From IMG/VR virus record IMGVR_UViG_3300022241_000068: 60,489 nt of DNA, one strand, 5' to 3'. Of this stretch, positions 26,245 to 35,017 are shown in pieces. Under the pieces are notes generated by a model. It searched no databases. It was not told the origin of the DNA and saw only the letters and a program-made list of their open reading frames with translations. The DNA is from an uncultured virus (IMG/VR IMGVR_UViG_3300022241_000068) (lineage: Duplodnaviria; Heunggongvirae; Uroviricota; Caudoviricetes). How positions within the stretch are numbered: the first letter of the stretch is position 1; the number at the start of each line of letters is the position of its first letter. The translations under genes were made by a program, and so were the position numbers.

Positions 26245-27608
26245 TAAAATACGAGATAGATATATATGAAGATCTATTGGTAACTGCAAAAAAGTTAATG
26301 TGGAAACAGCCTTTAATGGGATTTTTCCTAGCAACATTACATAAGAAAGTTATATACAAAGGGGATCCAGAAGAAAAGGATATAAAAACTGCTGCAGTAG
26401 GAAAATCTAAAGGAGACTTAAATTATAGTCTATATGTTAATGCAGAATTCTGGAAAGATTTAACAGACTTACAAAAACAAGATGTTTTATTACATGAGTT
26501 AAATCACATATGTTATTTTCATCCAACAATGTCTAAGTCTTTTTCTCAAAAAGAACTCTTTAATATAGCAGCTGATATAGAAATCAATCAACATCTGCCA
26601 AATCTTCCAGATAATGATATGCCTTTAGACAAGTATGTGGAATGGATAGAAGCTCACAAAAAAGAAATCCAAGAAGGTAAAATTGTAGCTCCTGCAAGAT
26701 TTTGCAGATTAGAAGATTATGGTTTCAAAAAAGAAGCCGATGACTTCAAAGGTACTAGATATTACTATGATAGACTAATGGCCATAATAAATGATCAGAA
26801 AAATCAATCTCCAATGGCTAAAAGTTTAAGGCAAATGGTAGCTTCTATGGGTGAAGAAAATAGTCCATACCCTTGCTCTCATAATACATGGAAGAATTTT
26901 GAAGAAGATAGTGATATAGAAAGTGAATTAATAGACGAAAATGTTAAAAGTCTTCTTAAAAGAATCATGTTAGAAAATGAACATCAAAGATCTCAACTTA
27001 TTGGTAGTTTACCAGGATATTTGAGAAATTTGATAGAAGATCTTCTTAAAGAAAGACCACCTATATTTAACTGGAAATTATATGTAAGAAGATTTGTTGC
27101 AAAATCTATAGATTCTTATGTAAGAACTACAAGAAGTAAACCTAATAAAAGATTAGATGAAGAAATGCCCACTATTAAAATTATTGAAAAATATTGTTTA
27201 TTAATGGGTGTAGATACATCAGGTAGCATGAGTAATGAAGATATAGCTCAGTGTTTTACTGAAATACATCATGTATATAAAACAGGTAATACTGTATTGG
27301 TGGCAGAATGTGATGCTGCATTAGATAAAAACAATGATGTATACAAATACACTGGTAAGTATCCTACAAAAAGATTAGGTTTAAGTGGAGGAGGAGGTAC
27401 AAACATGGACCCTGTATTAGCATACGCTAATGAAAATGTTAATTCACTAACATGTTTAATACACATAACTGATGGTTATATACCAATTCCAAAAGTTAAA
27501 TGTAAAGTTCCTACTTTAATAATAATTACACCAGATGGTGCAAATCCTGAAGATTTGATTAAAGGAGGTTTGAAATATCCTGTAATTAAAATGAATAGAG
27601 ATTGTTAA
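26235..27608 (+). CDS. HExxH metallopeptidase-like plus vWA protein (DUF2201-like)
   Basis: LLHELNH, NIAADIEIN; MIDAS VDTSGSM, GGGGT, ITDG. Confidence 0.9.
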   Translation: MAIIKYEIDIYEDLLVTAKKLMWKQPLMGFFLATLHKKVIYKGDPEEKDIKTAAVGKSKGDLNYSLYVNAEFWKDLTDLQKQDVLLHELNHICYFHPTMSKSFSQKELFNIAADIEINQHLPNLPDNDMPLDKYVEWIEAHKKEIQEGKIVAPARFCRLEDYGFKKEADDFKGTRYYYDRLMAIINDQKNQSPMAKSLRQMVASMGEENSPYPCSHNTWKNFEEDSDIESELIDENVKSLLKRIMLENEHQRSQLIGSLPGYLRNLIEDLLKERPPIFNWKLYVRRFVAKSIDSYVRTTRSKPNKRLDEEMPTIKIIEKYCLLMGVDTSGSMSNEDIAQCFTEIHHVYKTGNTVLVAECDAALDKNNDVYKYTGKYPTKRLGLSGGGGTNMDPVLAYANENVNSLTCLIHITDGYIPIPKVKCKVPTLIIITPDGANPEDLIKGGLKYPVIKMNRDC

Positions 27609-27937
27609 TGAAACTAGATCATTACGAAAGAGGTGATATTATTTTATTTTATGACGATGAATGTAACTCATTAATATATTATTATGACAAGGTAACAAAA
27701 GATAAATCTAATGAATTATTATTGCATTTAATAGATTTTAAAGACAAGAGTTCAGTTTCATTTAAGAAATGTTACAAATATGATGATTTATTCATAAATA
27801 GTTTAAATCTTACATATTTAATTAATAATAATTATATACAAGAAAATATAATAAGTTTAGTATCATCACCAGATAAAGAGATGCAAAGATTAGGAGTAGA
27901 AATATTAAAAAATTCAATAAACAAATATAATATTTAA
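27608..27937 (+). CDS. Hypothetical protein with C-terminal SxD motif
   Basis: IISLVSSPDKEMQRLGVEIL. Confidence 0.75.
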   Translation: MKLDHYERGDIILFYDDECNSLIYYYDKVTKDKSNELLLHLIDFKDKSSVSFKKCYKYDDLFINSLNLTYLINNNYIQENIISLVSSPDKEMQRLGVEILKNSINKYNI

Positions 27938-27942
27938 AATTT

Positions 27943-29187
27943 ATGGCAAGTAAAGTTAAACAAGAAAAAGTATTTTTGAAACCTTCAGAGGTTAAGTTAA
28001 AAGTATTAGAATTTATAGAATCTAATACTCAATTAGAAAAAAGAGGATTATTAAAAAATGCTTTATCTTTTGTAGGAGAACCTGGTATTGCTAAAACATC
28101 ATCTGTTTTGCAAGTATGCCAAGAGAATAACATAGGAATAGAAAAAGTCAATATGGCGAATATTGATGACCTTGGAGAAATCACAGGATATCCTATGAAA
28201 GAATATGAAATGAAAAAGAATAGTGATATCCAATGGGCTAATGATAAAAATCATGAAAGCTTTTTGAGACTTGGTTATCTTGATACAGGTTCTACAAGAA
28301 CAGGATATGCAGAACCTAAATGGGTTAATAGTCTTAGGAATTATGAAAAAAGTGTATTATTACTTGATGATTCTTTGAGAAGTCAACCTAGGTTTATCAA
28401 TGCCTTAATGGATCTTATTCAGAGAGGTGAGTATTATGGTTGGAAATTACCAAAAGGATGCACTGTCATTATGACAAATAATCCTTCTGATGGAGATTTT
28501 CAGGTAGCTCAAGAAGATAGTGCTCATATTAGTAGATATTTCACTTTCCATGTAAAATATTGTGAAAAATCTTGGGCAGAACAAGCTCAAAAAGAAAATC
28601 TTCATGGAGCGTTTATAAACTTTATATTGAAACACCACTCAGAGTTATTTGCTTTACAAGATGAAAAGAACCCTTCTTTAGGGATGATGTCCATGCCTAG
28701 ACAATGGAGTATGTTATTTTCATCTATAAATCATTTACCTGAATTTACTTCTCCGAAAAGTCAACAGATTATTTTACAAAATGGGAAGGCAATTTTACCT
28801 TCAAATTTAGTACAAATTTTCACAACTTTTTTACATGCTAAAGAATGGGATATTGTTGAACCAGATGAAATCTTCAATAATAAAATTAAAGACGAAGAAG
28901 TAGTGTCAATGTTAAAAAAGAGTGTGGGAGAACCAAAAGCTGGTACATTCAGAAATGATGTAGCATCTATTTTGTCAATGCGTATTACTAACTATTTAGT
29001 ACATCTTGCTAGTACAAATCCTATTGACTCTTTCTTGACAGGAAGGTTAAAACTGATAATGGAAAACAAAATCTTAGGGTCAGATTTGGATTTCAAATTG
29101 ATCAAAGATATGTATTCTAGAAATCGTGATAAGTTTAAAGGTTTATTATCTGAAAAGTTTTTCAGAGATCAAATAATTCAAGGATAA
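27943..29187 (+). CDS. MoxR-family AAA+ ATPase
   Basis: Walker A variant GEPGIAKT, GEITGYP, PKW, Walker B variant LLLDD, WKLPKG, MTNNP, SRY, PRQW. Confidence 0.88.
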   Translation: MASKVKQEKVFLKPSEVKLKVLEFIESNTQLEKRGLLKNALSFVGEPGIAKTSSVLQVCQENNIGIEKVNMANIDDLGEITGYPMKEYEMKKNSDIQWANDKNHESFLRLGYLDTGSTRTGYAEPKWVNSLRNYEKSVLLLDDSLRSQPRFINALMDLIQRGEYYGWKLPKGCTVIMTNNPSDGDFQVAQEDSAHISRYFTFHVKYCEKSWAEQAQKENLHGAFINFILKHHSELFALQDEKNPSLGMMSMPRQWSMLFSSINHLPEFTSPKSQQIILQNGKAILPSNLVQIFTTFLHAKEWDIVEPDEIFNNKIKDEEVVSMLKKSVGEPKAGTFRNDVASILSMRITNYLVHLASTNPIDSFLTGRLKLIMENKILGSDLDFKLIKDMYSRNRDKFKGLLSEKFFRDQIIQG

Positions 29188-29188
29188 T

Positions 29189-30211
29189 ATGGTACAGGAA
29201 TTAGACGTTAAAGTTTATAATGGTTATGGTATTTCAAATGATGTAGAAAGTGTAAAGTTAATCAGAAAATCTGAATTAAAAACAAAACTGGATAGTTTGC
29301 AAATAGTTAAAACTATTAAAGATAAAAGTAACGTATTTTTTCTAGATAATGTTGTATTCCCTAGGCAAACGCTTAGGGAATATGGCAAATCTAGAGGTAT
29401 AAATATAGTTAGAAAAGTAGAAACAGCAGATTATCTTGTTATTAAAAATAATGATATAAATAACTACATTAAATCATATAGACAATATGGTTTATTTAAA
29501 AATATACATACGGGTGAATTACTTTTAAATCTTTCTTGGGATCAACGGGCTACTCATAGAATATTCAATGATTATAGTATGATAGCTAATGATTATTGTA
29601 ATATAATTGATTCATTAGTTGATGATATCAATAATTTATTTACAATAAATAAACCTATTATTGATCAAGAAAGTTTAAATAATCAATGTTTAAATAGTAC
29701 AATAATTGATTACAAAAATTATCTCAATTATGTTTCAATGCTAAATAGCACTGATCAGATTGTAAAGGATATGGCTATAAGACTGATATCAATGTGTAAC
29801 AGGGATGCCTCAGAATTTTATATAGCGTGCTTATATAATAAATTTAAACAAGATTTTTTTAATAGTAAAGAATGGAATTCTGTAAATTTGAGATCTTTTA
29901 GAATATATGTAGAAAGTAAAAGTTGGGGCCGTACTAGAATGGATAATGAACTAAGTGTATTAAGATTTTTTATTGATGGAAACTATAAATTTAAAATAGA
30001 TTCTGTATTTTTTCATAAAATGGTAGAAGAAGATTTTAATAAGATTTCAAACGGCATTTTAAGAATCTTAGATAAAGTAGCTGAAACTGAAATGGTATTA
30101 AAATATAATATTAAACCAAGCATTAAAATAATAGAATTTGAAAATGAAGAACCAAGTGGAACAATCAAAAGAATCAGTGAAAAAAATTCCCAGATCGGGA
30201 AAGAAGAATAG
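29189..30211 (+). CDS. Hypothetical protein downstream of MoxR, internal SxD motif
   Basis: 340 aa; YVSMLNSTDQIVKDMAIRLI. Confidence 0.8.
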   Translation: MVQELDVKVYNGYGISNDVESVKLIRKSELKTKLDSLQIVKTIKDKSNVFFLDNVVFPRQTLREYGKSRGINIVRKVETADYLVIKNNDINNYIKSYRQYGLFKNIHTGELLLNLSWDQRATHRIFNDYSMIANDYCNIIDSLVDDINNLFTINKPIIDQESLNNQCLNSTIIDYKNYLNYVSMLNSTDQIVKDMAIRLISMCNRDASEFYIACLYNKFKQDFFNSKEWNSVNLRSFRIYVESKSWGRTRMDNELSVLRFFIDGNYKFKIDSVFFHKMVEEDFNKISNGILRILDKVAETEMVLKYNIKPSIKIIEFENEEPSGTIKRISEKNSQIGKEE

Positions 30212-30599
30212 GACTAAAGGACATGGTTATGAAATTAAAATATCTAACATGTTAAAAGATCTAGGTTTAGTTAAAACCAAAACATCAAGGGCTGCATCAA
30301 AATTGTATGATGATTGCGGTATTGATCATTGGGGTGCAATACTTCCTACTGGTGATTTAATATTAACACAGTGTAAATCTGGATATAAAAATTCTAGACC
30401 AAAAGCAGATGTAGAGTTTAAAAACCAAATAGAGAAAATGAAAACTCATTTTCCCAAAGGTAGTAAGGAATTAGATTCTAATAATATGCAAATATTATTT
30501 CATAAAATAGATGATTATAGACCTGAAAATCATTTAGTAACTATGAAATATGATGATTTTGTTAAACTGTTAAAAACTTTCATAGATGCACATAATTAA
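30138..30599 (+). CDS. PD-(D/E)XK nuclease, putative Holliday junction resolvase
   Basis: NRTKGHGYE, DDCGID, QCK. Confidence 0.75.
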   Translation: MKMKNQVEQSKESVKKIPRSGKKNRTKGHGYEIKISNMLKDLGLVKTKTSRAASKLYDDCGIDHWGAILPTGDLILTQCKSGYKNSRPKADVEFKNQIEKMKTHFPKGSKELDSNNMQILFHKIDDYRPENHLVTMKYDDFVKLLKTFIDAHN

Positions 30600-30864
30600 A
30601 AGACTGTATAAATACTGGAATTTGAGATCAGGTGTTATTGTAATGGTAACTCCAGAAGAAGAGTTATATTTTATTGAAATTAAAGGGGTATTTTTATTTA
30701 AACTAATTTCTTTAATATTTCTAAAAGGCGATTATTCAGATTACAAATTTGCATATACAGATAATTGGGCCCGTATAAATAGATTTTGTGAATATAAGAA
30801 TTCAGAGGATCCAGATGTACAAGAAATGTTTAAAAACTGCATAAAACATGAACTAGATGATTAG
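30586..30864 (+). CDS. Hypothetical protein with C-terminal SxD motif
   Basis: FCEYKNSEDPDVQEMFKNCI. Confidence 0.75.
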   Translation: MHIIKRLYKYWNLRSGVIVMVTPEEELYFIEIKGVFLFKLISLIFLKGDYSDYKFAYTDNWARINRFCEYKNSEDPDVQEMFKNCIKHELDD

Positions 30865-31468
30865 AAAAATATGGAAAAAATTTAATGTAAGTACAGTTAT
30901 GATTTTACCCTTATTTTGGAATGCTACTGAACATATAATAGCAAAAAAATCTAAAGTTAGATTCCCATTTGTACAGTTGTGCATAGAGTATGGATTAATA
31001 AATACATATCTATATAAAAATGGTAAGTATGATAATAAATTATACTTAGAATTTGACAAAGAAGAGTTTACCAAGGATAAAAAATTAACTACAAGCCCAT
31101 ATACATCTATATTAGAATTGCTTATTAATTATAATATGTATGCTGGACTAGAGATGACTAATGATACAGTGCTGATAGCTTTACATATTCCTGTAGAATT
31201 TAGAGAAGATATTAAAATTATCGAAGATTCTAAATACTCTAAATTATCAGATGAATATAAATCAGAGCTTCATATAAAACAAAACTCTGTACCATTAACA
31301 AAAAATGAATTTGCAATGTATGTTGCAAGCAAGAACTTAGGATATGCTATTTCAATGAAATCTGATAATATCAAGAAAGAAATTGAAAAAGAGCTCAAAA
31401 TGACTATAACGAGGGATGATGAATATTACGAAAGATTCAATAAAGTTAAAGAAAATTACGTAAATTGA
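30857..31468 (+). CDS. Hypothetical protein
   Basis: 203-aa ORF with ILPL, LINTYL, KYSKLSDEYK. Confidence 0.8.
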   Translation: MIRKIWKKFNVSTVMILPLFWNATEHIIAKKSKVRFPFVQLCIEYGLINTYLYKNGKYDNKLYLEFDKEEFTKDKKLTTSPYTSILELLINYNMYAGLEMTNDTVLIALHIPVEFREDIKIIEDSKYSKLSDEYKSELHIKQNSVPLTKNEFAMYVASKNLGYAISMKSDNIKKEIEKELKMTITRDDEYYERFNKVKENYVN

Positions 31469-31469
31469 G

Positions 31470-31883
31470 ATGAAAAAAAAGAAAAAAACAAGTAAGAACA
31501 ATGTGTTACCAATTATATTAAATAAGAAAGGTAATAAAAATGATGCAGGTAAACCTCCTGTAACCCAGTTACTGAGGCAATTCCCTTCTGCTATTAAATA
31601 TGTATCTAAATGTTCTGAATATGGACATAAAGAATATGGGGAAAAAGAGAATGAAGAGTTATGGGACAATTGGAGATATGTAGAAGAAGCTAAGTTTAGA
31701 TATAAACAAGCTGCGGGAAGACATTTTCTAGAAGAAAATGGTAAGTTTGATGAAGGAAGTGGTTTATATCATATAGCACATTGCATATGGAATTTATTAG
31801 CAGAATTGCAATTTCAATTAGAAGAAGATTTTCAAAAAAATATAAAAAATGAAGGACATAAATTTGATATTAAAGAACGTTAA
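31470..31883 (+). CDS. DUF5664-type dATP/dGTP diphosphohydrolase domain protein
   Basis: GNKNDAGK, YGHKEYG, NWR, AAGRH, DEGSGLYHIAHCIWNLL. Confidence 0.85.
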   Translation: MKKKKKTSKNNVLPIILNKKGNKNDAGKPPVTQLLRQFPSAIKYVSKCSEYGHKEYGEKENEELWDNWRYVEEAKFRYKQAAGRHFLEENGKFDEGSGLYHIAHCIWNLLAELQFQLEEDFQKNIKNEGHKFDIKER

Positions 31884-32115
31884 GTTTGCTTCTTTCAGAA
31901 GTAACGCAGATGGTAGTATTAGAATATCATTTGATACACAAGAACTTTCAGTAGAAGATACTAGGAAATTAATCTCCTTATATAAGGAAAAAGAATGTAG
32001 TGTAAATGTGGGCAGTGGTGAAATATTTGATACAGGTGTAGAATTTTTGGCAAGCATTGAAAATCTTGCACCTGATCAGTTAAAAGCTTTTTTAAAACAT
32101 GCTGAAGAAGATTAA
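31849..32115 (+). CDS. Hypothetical protein
   Basis: 88-aa ORF, ADGSIRISFDTQEL. Confidence 0.75.
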   Translation: MKDINLILKNVKFASFRSNADGSIRISFDTQELSVEDTRKLISLYKEKECSVNVGSGEIFDTGVEFLASIENLAPDQLKAFLKHAEED

Positions 32116-32364
32116 GTGAAAAGTTACACAAAAACTTTTTTAGAATATATGGAGAAAATTCATAATATTCTTCCTCATGAACTATTATGTGAAGTATGTC
32201 AGCAAAAAGCTGTTGACATACATCACATTTTAGGAAAAGGTAAATATCCAGAATTGACAAATGATGTTAATAATTTAATAGCACTATGTAGAAAATGTCA
32301 TGATAAATATGGACAGAAAAAGCAATATGTGGAATATTTACAATCTATAATTAAAAAAAGATGA
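32116..32364 (+). CDS. HNH endonuclease (Zn-binding)
   Basis: CEVC, DIHH, NNLIALCRKCH; exact start uncertain. Confidence 0.85.
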   Translation: MKSYTKTFLEYMEKIHNILPHELLCEVCQQKAVDIHHILGKGKYPELTNDVNNLIALCRKCHDKYGQKKQYVEYLQSIIKKR

Positions 32365-32540
32365 AAACGATAGTTTCAAGGATACGTGTACATAAAACTT
32401 ATTCGCATATTAATAGCTCTCATAAGTATTTCATTAATATTAATGTTAATGAACCTATTATAGAAGACGAAGGTTTTTTTGATTTATCAATAGTTGAATC
32501 AATAGTGCAAAGTTTAATAACTAAATATCATAATATTTAA
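32361..32540 (+). CDS. Array unit 1 (59 aa)
   Basis: MKTIVSRIR...LSIVESIV. Confidence 0.7.
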   Translation: MKTIVSRIRVHKTYSHINSSHKYFININVNEPIIEDEGFFDLSIVESIVQSLITKYHNI

Positions 32541-32546
32541 TAAATA

Positions 32547-32717
32547 ATGAAGAAATATTTGATAACTTATAAAAGACGTTATATTAAGTCTTTTGATCTT
32601 TATAATTACGAGCTTTATCATGATAAATTATACTCTAGTATTGTAATATTATCTATAGAACGTGAAATTTTAGCACTTGAAAGACAGTTTTATGCGATTA
32701 AAAATAATAAATCATAG
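32547..32717 (+). CDS. Array unit 2 (56 aa)
   Basis: MKKYLITYKRR...ILALERQF. Confidence 0.7.
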   Translation: MKKYLITYKRRYIKSFDLYNYELYHDKLYSSIVILSIEREILALERQFYAIKNNKS

Positions 32718-32844
32718 ACATTACTATTATAATCATACATATATGTATGAACTTCGTAGTTGGACAGGAAATAAATTAAATAGTTCATTCTCTATCATAT
32801 GGATAGAAGAATATATTAAATATCTAAAGGAAAATGAAATTTAA
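32692..32844 (+). CDS. Array unit 3 (50 aa)
   Basis: MRLKIINHR...IIWIEEYI. Confidence 0.75.
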   Translation: MRLKIINHRHYYYNHTYMYELRSWTGNKLNSSFSIIWIEEYIKYLKENEI

Positions 32845-32977
32845 AATATGTAATTTTAAAATAGCAGATATAATTTATGGAAAGTATAGATATAAATTGC
32901 ATAAGGATCATGAAGTTGGTCATAATTTACGCCAAATTGAAGGTGTAATCATTATACTAACTAACTGTTTTAAATAA
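32834..32977 (+). CDS. Array unit 4 (47 aa)
   Basis: MKFKICNFK...LRQIEGVI. Confidence 0.75.
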   Translation: MKFKICNFKIADIIYGKYRYKLHKDHEVGHNLRQIEGVIIILTNCFK

Positions 32978-32987
32978 AAGTTCAATA

Positions 32988-33143
32988 ATGAAATTAAAAA
33001 TTACTAATGAAAAAATAGATAAATGTTATTTATATACTGTACATTTACCAAATGGAGAAACGTATAGATATGATATATTATTTTTAATAGGTTGTTGGTT
33101 TAAATTTTACGCTGATGAAATACACAATAAAATGGGTTGCTAA
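32988..33143 (+). CDS. Array unit 5 (51 aa)
   Basis: MKLKITNEK...LFLIGCWF (E replaced by G). Confidence 0.65.
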   Translation: MKLKITNEKIDKCYLYTVHLPNGETYRYDILFLIGCWFKFYADEIHNKMGC

Positions 33144-33249
33144 AGGGAATTATTATGTATTACTAAAAGGTTCCAGAACAATTTTTGGTGCAGGAAACTT
33201 GTTTTATTTAGAACATCTTTTTATACTATTTCATGAGAATCCTTCTTAA
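33115..33249 (+). CDS. Array unit 6 (44 aa)
   Basis: MKYTIKWVAK...LFYLEHLF. Confidence 0.7.
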   Translation: MKYTIKWVAKGNYYVLLKGSRTIFGAGNLFYLEHLFILFHENPS

Positions 33250-33394
33250 AAATCATAGATTAAGTAAATCAATTTATACATATAAAATTGAAAATGTAGA
33301 TTATAGTAGATTTATTATGTCTATACATTTATGCAATATAGAAAGTCAAATAAAAATTCATGAAAACAAAAATTCTAATAAAAAGAACAATTAA
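33233..33394 (+). CDS. Array unit 7 (53 aa)
   Basis: MRILLKNHR...LCNIESQI. Confidence 0.75.
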   Translation: MRILLKNHRLSKSIYTYKIENVDYSRFIMSIHLCNIESQIKIHENKNSNKKNN

Positions 33395-33494
33395 TTCTCG
33401 TTACTATATAACTAATAGTAAAAATTTTATGACATATGGTTATTATATTAATCTGAAATCAGTAGAACACGTTATAGAAAATTATTTTATATGA
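33360..33494 (+). CDS. Array unit 8 (44 aa)
   Basis: MKTKILIKR...LKSVEHVI. Confidence 0.7.
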   Translation: MKTKILIKRTINSRYYITNSKNFMTYGYYINLKSVEHVIENYFI

Positions 33495-33628
33495 AAATAA
33501 TAATAAAATGTGATCTTACTAGAAGAATTAAAATCTACCAGCGTTTACGTAAATGCTATCATATTAGAAGTTTTTCTTCTTTGCTGCAAATAGAAAAATT
33601 TATTAAAAATGAAAATTATCATACATAA
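33491..33628 (+). CDS. Array unit 9 (45 aa)
   Basis: MKIIIKCD...LLQIEKFI. Confidence 0.7.
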   Translation: MKIIIKCDLTRRIKIYQRLRKCYHIRSFSSLLQIEKFIKNENYHT

Positions 33629-33743
33629 AACAATGAAAGGTTGTAAAGAAACTATTAGAATTAATTATATCTATACTGTTAATAGTATAACACTAGGTAA
33701 TTACATATTTCTTTCAACTTTAGAAAAAAGACTAAAAGAATAA
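33609..33743 (+). CDS. Array unit 10 (44 aa)
   Basis: MKIIIHKT...LSTLEKRL. Confidence 0.7.
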   Translation: MKIIIHKTMKGCKETIRINYIYTVNSITLGNYIFLSTLEKRLKE

Positions 33744-33762
33744 ATAGGATAAGAAATATTAA

Positions 33763-33933
33763 ATGAAAATTATAATAAGAAATAAGAAGGATTCTTCTTA
33801 TACCGTGAGTAAATATAAATACAAATATTATATGTATAATAACGATAAAACTTGGGTTTATTGGCTATATCTTATAGAAGGTTATATTAAACATATGAAA
33901 AAATATGAAAAGATTAAAATTAAAAATAATTAA
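33763..33933 (+). CDS. Array unit 11 (56 aa)
   Basis: MKIIIRNKK...LYLIEGYI. Confidence 0.75.
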   Translation: MKIIIRNKKDSSYTVSKYKYKYYMYNNDKTWVYWLYLIEGYIKHMKKYEKIKIKNN

Positions 33934-34072
33934 AAGTAGTGAAAACGTATTAAAATGGAATATATTTTATATTATACCTCTTTCACACAAACATTATCTG
34001 AGAAAAAAATATCGTGTAAGTGGATATTTCATACAAGATATAGAAAAATATATTAAAAATAGCTTCAATTAA
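33905..34072 (+). CDS. Array unit 12 (55 aa)
   Basis: MKRLKLKIIK...IQDIEKYI. Confidence 0.7.
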   Translation: MKRLKLKIIKSSENVLKWNIFYIIPLSHKHYLRKKYRVSGYFIQDIEKYIKNSFN

Positions 34073-34217
34073 AATAGTATCTATAAAGGGCGGAGATTGT
34101 AAATATAGAATAGAAGTATATAATAAAAAAGTTTTAAAATATGCAATTAGATTTACTACATTTGAACGTGTACATTCCTATGTAACTTATTTTTATGAAA
34201 ATTATACTAAAAAATGA
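34059..34217 (+). pseudogene. Array unit 13 (52 codons, no ATG; ATA start or decayed)
   Basis: IASIKIVSIK...FTTFERVH; in-frame TAG at 34041 and no ATG after it. Confidence 0.5.
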
Positions 34218-34372
34218 TAACAATTAAATTAAACAGACAATTGCAGTCAAAATATGTAGTTATTTGTACATATCCTGATAACACTGTTCAAAATTTTCCA
34301 ATGAGAGAGTTGCTGCAAGCAGAATGGTTTATAGAAGAAAGATCTAAAATTTATGGACGACTTTTTAGTTGA
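34214..34372 (+). CDS. Array unit 14 (52 aa)
   Basis: MITIKLNR...LLQAEWFI. Confidence 0.7.
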   Translation: MITIKLNRQLQSKYVVICTYPDNTVQNFPMRELLQAEWFIEERSKIYGRLFS

Positions 34373-34376
34373 ATTT

Positions 34377-34526
34377 ATGAAAAAGTATATTATAACAAAT
34401 CATAGAATACATAGTTTAGAGATAATTATATATGACCTATATGTATATATAGATACCACAGTTACTAATTATGAGGGTTGGAGCAGTTTAAAGCATTTAG
34501 AAGATATTATAATCTCGTATAAATAA
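34377..34526 (+). CDS. Array unit 15 (49 aa)
   Basis: MKKYIITNHR...LKHLEDII. Confidence 0.75.
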   Translation: MKKYIITNHRIHSLEIIIYDLYVYIDTTVTNYEGWSSLKHLEDIIISYK

Positions 34527-34527
34527 A

Positions 34528-34740
34528 ATGAAACCTAAAAAATACATATTGAAAAATAAACGTACTTCAAATATTGAATTTATACATTTTAATACATATA
34601 AACTTAGAATAAAATATCAATATTATGTAGCAAATCTTTTTAACAGTTACATTAGTGGGATACAAGAGGGTATGAGACATTATGACATCAACCATCCTGA
34701 AAAAACAATATTATCTGAAATAAATGAAATATATATTTAA
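34528..34740 (+). CDS. Array unit 16 (70 aa)
   Basis: MKPKKYILKNKR...ISGIQEGM (variant). Confidence 0.7.
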   Translation: MKPKKYILKNKRTSNIEFIHFNTYKLRIKYQYYVANLFNSYISGIQEGMRHYDINHPEKTILSEINEIYI

Positions 34741-34840
34741 AAATCACCGAAACCCTCATTATAAGTATGTGTATTCTATAGTAGGTACAACTTCATTGTA
34801 TATACATATACATAATATAGAATATATAATTAAATGTTAA
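34724..34840 (+). CDS. Array unit 17 (38 aa)
   Basis: MKYIFKNHR...IHNIEYII. Confidence 0.75.
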   Translation: MKYIFKNHRNPHYKYVYSIVGTTSLYIHIHNIEYIIKC

Positions 34841-34888
34841 ACATTATATAAGTGGTCATATCAAGACTTAAAAAAAGAAAATTATAGT

Positions 34889-35017
34889 ATGAAATATAAA
34901 ATTCAATATTATAAAAGATATAAGCTATATTCTTTATATGTTTTATATAAAGTTGCAGATAACAGAGTAACTGCAAACATGTTCCATACACTGAAAGAAA
35001 TTGAACGTCATATATGA
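34889..35017 (+). CDS. Array unit 18 (42 aa)
   Basis: MKYKIQYYKR...LKEIERHI. Confidence 0.75.
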   Translation: MKYKIQYYKRYKLYSLYVLYKVADNRVTANMFHTLKEIERHI

